Shown here: piece after piece, positions 43,721-55,300 of the stretch
Numbering within the stretch: position 1 is the stretch's first letter
Layout: every line of letters begins with the position of its first letter
NCBI GenBank assembly: GCA_964057225.1
Contig: OZ059900.1
Span: 4,464,001 to 4,528,000, forward strand
Direction of reading: 5' to 3'
Source: Auanema rhodensis
Taxonomy: Eukaryota; Animalia; Nematoda
DNA length: 64,000 nucleotides
The notes under the pieces: generated by a model
The model's database searches: none
Seen by the model: the letters and a program-made list of their open reading frames with translations, nothing else
What the model was told of the DNA's origin: nothing
Translations under genes and position numbers: made by a program

Positions 43721-44655
43721 AAGTGATCTTGATTTGTAACTCGGATACCGTTGAAGATAGAAGAATACTGTTAATTTTAATGAAGTCCCCATGGTTATAT
43801 TAGTCTAGAAACACTATCTTATTGTGTTTGATGCATGGTAACCACGACTTCCAATTTTTTGTGAACAGGTAGCTATACCACCTAAGTATCCAAAGAAAGT
43901 GATCTTGATTTGTAACTCGGATACCGTTGAAGATAGAAGAATACTGTGAAATTTAATGAAGTCTCCATGGTTATATTAGTCTAGAAACACTATCTTAAAG
44001 GATTTGATGCATGGTAACCAAGACTTCCAATTTTTTGTGAACAGGTAGCTATACCACCTAAGTATCCAAAGAGAGTGATCTTGATTTGTAACTCGGATAC
44101 CGTTAAAGATAAAAGAATACTGTTAATTTTAATGAACTCCCCATGGTCATATTAGTCTAGAAACACTATCGTATTGTGTTTGATGCATGGGTAAATAGGA
44201 CTTCCAATTTTTTGTGAACAGGTAGCTATACCACCTAAGTATCCAAAGAAAGTGATCTTGATTTGTAACTCGGATACCGTTAAAGATAGAAGAATACTGT
44301 GAACTTAAATGAATTTCCCATGGTCATATTAGTCTAGAAACACAATCTTAATGGGTTCGATGCATGGTAACCAGGACTTCCAATTTTTTGTGAACAGGTA
44401 GCTATACCACCTAAGTATCCAAAGAAAGTGATCTTGATTTGTAACTCGGATACCGTTAAAGATAGAAGAATACTGTAAACTTAAATGAATTTCTCATGGT
44501 CATATTAGTCTAGAAACACAATCTTAATGGGTTTGATGCATGGTAACCAGGACTTCCAATTTTTTGTGAACAGGTAGCTATACCACCTAAGTATCCAAAG
44601 AAAGTGATCTTGATTTGTAACTCGGATACCGTTAAAGATAGAAGAATACTGTGAA

Positions 44656-44674
44656 AGAAGATTCATTTAAGTTT
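44656..44674. other. 19-bp junctional insertion (agaagattcatttaagttt) at the right strand-switch point
   Basis: Lies between the last reverse base (gtgaa, 44655) and the first in-register forward base (gagttcattaaaattaacag, 44675). Boundaries are uncertain by about 1 bp. Confidence 0.9.
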
Positions 44675-44880
44675 GAGTTCATTAAAATTAACAGTATTCT
44701 TTTATCTTTAACGGTATCCGAGTTACAAATCAAGATCACTCTCTTTGGATACTTAGGTGGTATAGCTACCTGTTCACAAAAAATTGGAAGTCTTGGTTAC
44801 CATGCATCAAATCCTTTAAGATAGTGTTTCTAGACTAATATAACCATGGAGACTTCATTAAAATTAACAGTATTCTTTTA

Positions 44881-47800
44881 TCTTTAACGGTATCCGAGTT
44901 ACAAATCAAGATCACTTTCTTTGGATACTTAGGTGGTATAGCTACCTGTTCACAAAAAATTGGAAGTCTTGGTTACCATGCATCAAATCCTTTAAGATAG
45001 TGTTTCTAGACTAATATAACCATGGGGACTTCATTAAATTTCACAGTATTCTTCTATCTTCAACGGTATCCGAGTTACAAATCAAGATCACTTTCTTTGG
45101 ATACTTAGGTGGTATAGCTACCTGTTCACAAAAAATTGGAAGTCCTGGTTACCATGCATCAAACCCATTAAGATTGTGTTTCTAGACTAATATGACCATG
45201 ATGACTTCATTAAATTTCACAGTATTCTTCTATCTTCAACGGTATCCGAGTTACAAATCAAGATCACTTTCTTTGGATACTTAGGTGGTATAGCTACCTG
45301 TTCACAAAAAATTGGAAGTCTTGGTTACCATGCATCAAATCCTTTAAGATAGTGTTTCTAGACTAATATAACCATGGGGACTTCATTAAATTTCACAGTA
45401 TTCTTCTATCTTCAACGGTATCCGAGTTACAAATCAAGATCACTTTCTTTGGATACTTAGGTGGTATAGCTACCTGTTCACAAAAAATTGGAAGTCCTGG
45501 TTACCATGCATCAAACCCATTAAGATTGTGTTTCTAGACTAATATGACCATGATGACTTCATTAAATTTCACAGTATTCTTCTATCTTCAACGGTATCCG
45601 AGTTACAAATCAAGATCACTTTCTTTGGATACTTAGGTGGTATAGCTACCTGTTCACAAAAAATTGGAAGTCCTGGTTACCATGCATCAAACCCATTAAG
45701 ATTGTGTTTCTAGACTAATATAACCATGGGGACTTCATTAAATTTCACAGTATTCTTCTATCTTCAACGGTATCCGAGTTACAAATCAAGATCACTTTCT
45801 TTGGATACTTAGGTGGTATAGCTACCTGTTCACAAAAAATTGGAAGTCCTGGTTACCATGCATCGAACCCATTAAGATTGTGTTTCTAGACTAATATGAC
45901 CATGGGAAATTCATTTAAGTTCACAGTAGTCTTCTATCTTTAACGGTATCCGAGTTACAAATCAAGATCACTTTCTTTGGATACTTAGGTGGTATAGCTA
46001 CCTGTTCACAAAAAATTGGAAGTCCTGGTTACCATGCATCAAACCCATTAAGATAGTGTTTCTAGACTAATATAACCATGGGGACTTCATTAAAATTAAC
46101 AGTATTCTTCTATCTTCAACGGTATCCGAGTTACAAATCAAGATCACTTTCTTTGGATACTTAGGTGGTTTAGCTACCTGTTCACAAAAAATTGGAAGTC
46201 CTGGTTACCATGCATCAAACCCATTAAGATTGTGTTTCTAGACTAATATGACCATGATGACTTCATTAAATTTCACAGTATTCTTCTATCTTCAACGGTA
46301 TCCGAGTTACAAATCAAGATCACTTTCTTTGGATACTTAGGTGGTATAGCTACCTGTTCACAAAAAATTGGAAGTCCTGGTTACCATGCATCAAACCCAT
46401 TAAGATTGTGTTTCTAGACTAATATGACCATGGGGACTTCATTAAAATTCACAGTATTCTTCCATCTTTAACGGTATCCGAGTTACAAATCAAGATCACT
46501 TTCTTTGGATACTTAGGTGGTATAGCTACCTGTTCACAAAAAATTGGAAGTCCTATTTACCATGCATCAAACACAATACGCTAGTGTTTCTAGACTAAAA
46601 TGACCATGGGGATTTCATTAAAATTAACAGTATTCTTTTATCTTTAACGGTATCCGAGTTACAAATCAAGATCACTCTCTTTGGATACTTAGGTGGTATA
46701 GCTACCTGTTCACAAAAAATTGGAAGTCTTGGTTACCATGCATCAAACACAATACGATAGTGTTTCTAGACTAATATAACCATGGGGACTTCATTAAAAT
46801 TAACAGTATTCTTCTATCTTCAACGGTATCCGAGTTACAAATCAAGATCACTTTCTTTGGATACTTAGGTGGTATAGCTACCTGTTCACAAAAAATTGGA
46901 AGTCCTGGTTACCATGCATCAAACCCATTAAGATTGTGTTTCTAGACTAATATGACCATGGGAAATTCATTTAAGTTCACAGTATTCTTCCATCTTTAAC
47001 GGTATCCGAGTTACAAATCAAGATCACTTTCTTTGGATACTTAGGTGGTATAGCTACCTGTTCACAAAAAATTGGAAGTCTTGGTTACCATGCATCACAT
47101 CCTTTGAGATAGTGTTTCTAGACTAATATGACCATGGGGACTTCATTAAAATTCACAGTATTCTTCCATCTTTAACGGTATCCGAGTTACAAATCAAGAT
47201 CACTTTCTTTGGATACTTAGGTGGTATAGCTACCTGTTCACAAAAAATTGGAAGTCTTGGTTACCATGCATCAAATCCTTTAAGATAGTGTTTCTAGACT
47301 AATATAACCATGGGGACTTCATTAAATTTCACAGTATTCTTCTATCTTCAACGGTATCCGAGTTACAAATCAAGATCACTTTCTTTGGATACTTAGGTGG
47401 TATAGCTACCTGTTCACAAAAAATTGGAAGTCCTGGTTACCATGCATCAAACCCATTAAGATTGTGTTTCTAGACTAATATGACCATGATGACTTCATTA
47501 AATTTCACAGTATTCTTCTATCTTCAACGGTATCCGAGTTACAAATCAAGATCACTTTCTTTGGATACTTAGGTGGTATAGCTACCTGTTCACAAAAAAT
47601 TGGAAGTCTTGGTTACCATGCATCAAATCCTTTAAGATAGTGTTTCTAGACTAATATAACCATGGGGACTTCATTAAATTTCACAGTATTCTTCTATCTT
47701 CAACGGTATCCGAGTTACAAATCAAGATCACTTTCTTTGGATACTTAGGTGGTATAGCTACCTGTTCACAAAAAATTGGAAGTCCTGGTTACCATGCATC

Positions 47801-49318
47801 AAACCCATTAAGATTGTGTTTCTAGACTAATATGACCATGATGACTTCATTAAATTTCACAGTATTCTTCTATCTTCAACGGTATCCGAGTTACAAATCA
47901 AGATCACTTTCTTTGGATACTTAGGTGGTATAGCTACCTGTTCACAAAAAATTGGAAGTCCTGGTTACCATGCATCAAACCCATTAAGATTGTGTTTCTA
48001 GACTAATATAACCATGGGGACTTCATTAAATTTCACAGTATTCTTCTATCTTCAACGGTATCCGAGTTACAAATCAAGATCACTTTCTTTGGATACTTAG
48101 GTGGTATAGCTACCTGTTCACAAAAAATTGGAAGTCCTGGTTACCATGCATCGAACCCATTAAGATTGTGTTTCTAGACTAATATGACCATGGGAAATTC
48201 ATTTAAGTTCACAGTAGTCTTCTATCTTTAACGGTATCCGAGTTACAAATCAAGATCACTTTCTTTGGATACTTAGGTGGTATAGCTACCTGTTCACAAA
48301 AAATTGGAAGTCCTGGTTACCATGCATCAAACCCATTAAGATAGTGTTTCTAGACTAATATAACCATGGGGACTTCATTAAAATTAACAGTATTCTTCTA
48401 TCTTCAACGGTATCCGAGTTACAAATCAAGATCACTTTCTTTGGATACTTAGGTGGTTTAGCTACCTGTTCACAAAAAATTGGAAGTCCTGGTTACCATG
48501 CATCAAACCCATTAAGATTGTGTTTCTAGACTAATATGACCATGATGACTTCATTAAATTTCACAGTATTCTTCTATCTTCAACGGTATCCGAGTTACAA
48601 ATCAAGATCACTTTCTTTGGATACTTAGGTGGTATAGCTACCTGTTCACAAAAAATTGGAAGTCCTGGTTACCATGCATCAAACCCATTAAGATTGTGTT
48701 TCTAGACTAATATGACCATGGGGACTTCATTAAAATTCACAGTATTCTTCCATCTTTAACGGTATCCGAGTTACAAATCAAGATCACTTTCTTTGGATAC
48801 TTAGGTGGTATAGCTACCTGTTCACAAAAAATTGGAAGTCTTGGTTACCATGCATCAAACACAATACGCTAGTGTTTCTAGACTAAAATGACCATGGGGA
48901 TTTCATTAAAATTAACAGTATTCTTTTATCTTTAACGGTATCCGAGTTACAAATCAAGATCACTCTCTTTGGATACTTAGGTGGTATAGCTACCTGTTCA
49001 CAAAAAATTGGAAGTCTTGGTTACCATGCATCAAACACAATACGATAGTGTTTCTAGACTAATATAACCATGGGGACTTCATTAAAATTAACAGTATTCT
49101 TCTATCTTCAACGGTATCCGAGTTACAAATCAAGATCACTTTCTTTGGATACTTAGGTGGTATAGCTACCTGTTCACAAAAAATTGGAAGTCCTGGTTAC
49201 CATGCATCAAACCCATTAAGATTGTGTTTCTAGACTAATATGACCATGGGAAATTCATTTAAGTTCACAGTATTCTTCCATCTTTAACGGTATCCGAGTT
49301 ACAAATCAAGATCACTTT
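44881..49318 (+). repeat. Tandem duplication of a 13-monomer unit (2288 bp)
   Basis: ggtggttt 46170/48458, catcgaac 45865/48153 and tacgctag 46581/48869 pair at offset 2288. Confidence 0.88.
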
Positions 49319-52300
49319 GTTTGGATACTTAGGTGGTATAGCTACCTGTTCACAAAAAATTGGAAGTCCTGGTTACCATGCATCAAACCCATTAAGATTG
49401 TGTTTCTAGACTAATATGACCATGAGAAATTAATTTAAGTTCACAGTATTCTTCTATCTTTAACGGTATCCGAGTTACAAATCAAGATCACTTTGTTTGG
49501 ATACTTAGGTGGTATAGCTACCTGTTCACAAAAAATTGGAAGTCTTGGTTACCATGCATCACATCCTTTGAGATAGTGTTTCTAGACTAATATGACCATG
49601 GGGACTTCATTAAAATTCACAGTATTCTTCCATCTTTAACGGTATCCGAGTTACAAATCAAGATCACTTTCTTTGGATACTTAGGTGGTATAGCTACCTG
49701 TTCACAAAAAATTGGAAGTCCTGGTTACCATGCATCAAACCCATTAAGATTGTGTTTCTAGACTAATATGACCATGAGAAATTAATTTAAGTTCACAGTA
49801 TTCTTCTATCTTTAACGGTATCCGAGTTACAAATCAAGATCACTTTCTTTGGATACTTAGGTGGTATAGCTACCTGTTCACAAAAAATTGGAAGTCCTAT
49901 TTACCCATGCATCAAACACAATACGATAGTGTTTCTAGACTAATATGACCATGGGGAGTTCATTAAAATTAACAGTATTCTTTTATCTTTAACGGTATCC
50001 GAGTTACAAATCAAGATCACTCTCTTTGGATACTTAGGTGGTATAGCTACCTGTTCACAAAAAATTGGAAGTCTTGGTTACCATGCATCAAATCCTTTAA
50101 GATAGTGTTTCTAGACTAATATAACCATGGAGACTTCATTAAATTTCACAGTATTCTTCTATCTTCAACGGTATCCGAGTTACAAATCAAGATCACTTTC
50201 TTTGGATACTTAGGTGGTATAGCTACCTGTTCACAAAAAATTGGAAGTCGTGGTTACCATGCATCAAACACAATAAGATAGTGTTTCTAGACTAATATAA
50301 CCATGGGGACTTCATTAAAATTAACAGTATTCTTCTATCTTCAACGGTATCCGAGTTACAGATCAAGATCACTTTCTTTGGATACTTAGGTGATATAGCT
50401 ACCTGTTCACAAAAAATTGGAAGTCCTATTTACCATGCATCAAACACAATACGATAGTGTTTCTAGACTAATATGACCATGGGGACTTCATTAAAATTAA
50501 CAGTATTCTTTTATCTTTAACGGTATCCGAGTTACAAATCAAGATCACTTTCTTTGGATACTTAGGTGGTATAGCTACCTGTTCACAAAAAATTGGAAGT
50601 CTTGGTTACCATGCATCAAATCCTTTAAGATAGTGTTTCTAGACTAATATAACCATGGGGACTTCATTAAATTTCACAGTGTTCTTCTATCTTCAACGGT
50701 ATCCGAGTTACAAATCAAGATCACTTTCTTTGGATACTTAGGTGGTATAGCTACCTGTTCACAAAAAATTGGAAGTCCTGGTTACCATGCATCAAACCCA
50801 TTAAGATTGTGTTTCTAGACTAATATGACCATGATGACTTCATTAAATTTCACAGTATTCTTCTATCTTCAACGGTATCCGAGTTACAAATCAAGATCAC
50901 TTTCTTTGGATACTTAGGTGGTATAGCTACCTGTTCACAAAAAATTGGAAGTCTTGGTTACCATGCATCAAATCCTTTAAGATAGTGTTTCTAGACTAAT
51001 ATAACCATGGGGACTTCATTAAATTTCACAGTATTCTTCTATCTTCAACGGTATCCGAGTTACAAATCAAGATCACTTTCTTTGGATACTTAGGTGGTAT
51101 AGCTACCTGTTCACAAAAAATTGGAAGTCCTGGTTACCATGCATCAAACCCATTAAGATTGTGTTTCTAGACTAATATGACCATGATGACTTCATTAAAT
51201 TTCACAGTATTCTTCTATCTTCAACGGTATCCGAGTTACAAATCAAGATCACTTTCTTTGGATACTTAGGTGGTATAGCTACCTGTTCACAAAAAATTGG
51301 AAGTCCTGGTTACCATGCATCAAACCCATTAAGATTGTGTTTCTAGACTAATATGACCATGAGAAATTCATTTAAGTTCACAGTATTCTTCTATCTTTAA
51401 CGGTATCCGAGTTACAAATCAAGATCACTTTCTTTGGATACTTAGGTGGTATAGCTACCTGTTCACAAAAAATTGGAAGTCCTGGTTACCATGCATCAAA
51501 CCCATTAAGATTGTGTTTCTAGACTAATATGACCATGAGAAATTCATTTAAGTTCACAGTATTCTTCTATCTTTAACGGTATCCGAGTTACAAATCAAGA
51601 TCACTTTCTTTGGATACTTAGGTGGTATAGCTACCTGTTCACAAAAAATTGGAAGTCCTGGTTACCATGCATCAAACCCATTAAGATTGTGTTTCTAGAC
51701 TAATATGACCATGAGAAATTCATTTAAGTTCACAGTATTCTTCTATCTTTAACGGTATCCGAGTTACAAATCAAGATCACTTTCTTTGGATACTTAGGTG
51801 GTATAGCTACCTGTTCACAAAAAATTGGAAGTCCTGGTTACCATGCATCGAACCCATTAAGATTGTGTTTCTAGACTAATATGACCATGGGAAATTCATT
51901 TAAGTTCACAGTAGTCTTCTATCTTTAACGGTATCCGAGTTACAAATCAAGATCACTTTCTTTGGATACTTAGGTGGTATAGCTACCTGTTCACAAAAAA
52001 TTGGAAGTCTTGGTTACCATGCATCAAATCCTTTAAGATAGTGTTTCTAGACTAATATAACCATGGGGACTTCATTAAACTTCACAGTATTCTTTTATCT
52101 TTAACGGTATCCGAGTTACAAATCAAGATCACTTTCTTTGGATACTTAGGTGGTATAGCTACCTGTTCACAAAAAATTGGAAGTCCTGGTTACCATGCAT
52201 CAAACCCATTAAGATTGTGTTTCTAGACTAATGTGACCATGAGAAATTCATTTAAGTTCACAGTATTCTTCTATCTTTAACGGTATCCGAGTTACAAATC

Positions 52301-55300
52301 AAGATCACTTTCTTTGGATACTTAGGTGGTATAGCTACCTGTTCACAAAAAATTGGAAGTCCTGGTTACCATGCATCAAACCCATTAAGATTGTGTTTCT
52401 AGACTAATATAACCATGGAGACTTTATTAAATTTCACAGTATTCTTCTATCTTCAACGGTATCCGAGTTACAAATCAAGATCACTTTCTTTGGATACTTA
52501 GGTGGTATAGCTACCTGTTCACAAAAAATTGGAAGTCGTGGTTACCATGCATCAAACACAATAAGATAGTGTTTCTAGACTAATATAACCATGGGGACTT
52601 CATTAAAATTAACAGTATTCTTCTATCTTCAACGGTATCCGAGTTACAGATCAAGATCACTTTCTTTGGATACTTAGGTGGTATAGCTACCTGTTCACAA
52701 AAAATTGGAAGTCCTGGTTACCATGCATCAAACCCATTAAGATTGTGTTTCTAGACTAATATGACCATGAGAAATTAATTTAAGTTCACAGTATTCTTCT
52801 ATCTTTAACGGTATCCGAGTTACAAATCAAGATCACTTTCTTTGGATACTTAGGTGTTATAGCTACCTGTTCACAAAAAATTGGAAGTCCTATTTACCCA
52901 TGCATCAAACACAATACGATAGTGTTTCTAGACTAATATGACCATGGGGAGTTCATTAAAATTAACAGTATTCTTTTATCTTTAACGGTATCCGAGTTAC
53001 AAATCAAGATCACTCTCTTTGGATACTTAGGTGGTATAGCTAGCTGTTCACAAAAAATTGGAAGTCCTGGTTACCATGCATCAAACCCATTAAGATTGTG
53101 TTTCTAGACTAATATGACCATGATGACTTCATTAAATTTCACAGTATTCTTCTATCTTCAACGGTATCCGAGTTACAAATCAAGATCACTTTCTTTGGAT
53201 ACTTAGGTGGTATAGCTACCTGTTCACAAAAAATTGGAAGTCCTGGTTACCATGCATCAAACCCATTAAGATTGTGTTTCTAGACTAATATAACCATGGG
53301 GACTTCATTAAATTTCACAGTATTCTTCTATCTTCAACGGTATCCGAGTTACAAATCAAGATCACTTTCTTTGGATACTTAGGTGGTATAGCTACCTGTT
53401 CACAAAAAATTGGAAGTCCTGGTTACCATGCATCGAACCCATTAAGATTGTGTTTCTAGACTAATATGACCATGGGAAATTCATTTAAGTTCACAGTAGT
53501 CTTCTATCTTTAACGGTATCCGAGTTACAAATCAAGATCACTTTCTTTGGATACTTAGGTGGTATAGCTACCTGTTCACAAAAAATTGGAAGTCCTGGTT
53601 ACCATGCATCAAACCCATTAAGATAGTGTTTCTAGACTAATATAACCATGGGGACTTCATTAAAATTAACAGTATTCTTCTATCTTCAACGGTATCCGAG
53701 TTACAAATCAAGATCACTTTCTTTGGATACTTAGGTGGTTTAGCTACCTGTTCACAAAAAATTGGAAGTCCTGGTTACCATGCATCAAACCCATTAAGAT
53801 TGTGTTTCTAGACTAATATGACCATGATGACTTCATTAAATTTCACAGTATTCTTCTATCTTCAACGGTATCCGAGTTACAAATCAAGATCACTTTCTTT
53901 GGATACTTAGGTGGTATAGCTACCTGTTCACAAAAAATTGGAAGTCCTGGTTACCATGCATCAAACCCATTAAGATTGTGTTTCTAGACTAATATGACCA
54001 TGGGGACTTCATTAAAATTCACAGTATTCTTCCATCTTTAACGGTATCCGAGTTACAAATCAAGATCACTTTCTTTGGATACTTAGGTGGTATAGCTACC
54101 TGTTCACAAAAAATTGGAAGTCTTGGTTACCATGCATCAAACACAATACGCTAGTGTTTCTAGACTAAAATGACCATGGGGATTTCATTAAAATTAACAG
54201 TATTCTTTTATCTTTAACGGTATCCGAGTTACAAATCAAGATCACTCTCTTTGGATACTTAGGTGGTATAGCTACCTGTTCACAAAAAATTGGAAGTCTT
54301 GGTTACCATGCATCAAACACAATACGATAGTGTTTCTAGACTAATATAACCATGGGGACTTCATTAAAATTAACAGTATTCTTCTATCTTCAACGGTATC
54401 CGAGTTACAAATCAAGATCACTTTCTTTGGATACTTAGGTGGTATAGCTACCTGTTCACAAAAAATTGGAAGTCCTGGTTACCATGCATCAAACCCATTA
54501 AGATTGTGTTTCTAGACTAATATGACCATGGGAAATTCATTTAAGTTCACAGTATTCTTCCATCTTTAACGGTATCCGAGTTACAAATCAAGATCACTTT
54601 GTTTGGATACTTAGGTGGTATAGCTACCTGTTCACAAAAAATTGGAAGTCCTGGTTACCATGCATCAAACCCATTAAGATTGTGTTTCTAGACTAATATG
54701 ACCATGAGAAATTAATTTAAGTTCACAGTATTCTTCTATCTTTAACGGTATCCGAGTTACAAATCAAGATCACTTTGTTTGGATACTTAGGTGGTATAGC
54801 TACCTGTTCACAAAAAATTGGAAGTCTTGGTTACCATGCATCACATCCTTTGAGATAGTGTTTCTAGACTAATATGACCATGGGGACTTCATTAAAATTC
54901 ACAGTATTCTTCCATCTTTAACGGTATCCGAGTTACAAATCAAGATCACTTTCTTTGGATACTTAGGTGGTATAGCTACCTGTTCACAAAAAATTGGAAG
55001 TCCTGGTTACCATGCATCAAACCCATTAAGATTGTGTTTCTAGACTAATATGACCATGAGAAATTAATTTAAGTTCACAGTATTCTTCTATCTTTAACGG
55101 TATCCGAGTTACAAATCAAGATCACTTTCTTTGGATACTTAGGTGGTATAGCTACCTGTTCACAAAAAATTGGAAGTCCTATTTACCCATGCATCAAACA
55201 CAATACGATAGTGTTTCTAGACTAATATGACCATGGGGAGTTCATTAAAATTAACAGTATTCTTTTATCTTTAACGGTATCCGAGTTACAAATCAAGATC

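Larger units (their letters stand above)
21355..44655 (-). repeat. Inverted satellite block, about 23.3 kb (about 132 monomers)
   Basis: From 21355 the sequence reads aaagaaagtgatcttgatttgtaactcggataccgttg..., the reverse complement of the monomer. It continues to ...gaagaatactgtgaa at 44655. Confidence 0.97.

Noticed and set aside
21355-44674. Transposon insertion or site-specific invertible element
   Set aside because: There is no non-satellite sequence, target-site duplication, recombinase gene or matching recombination sites, and the breakpoints are non-reciprocal.
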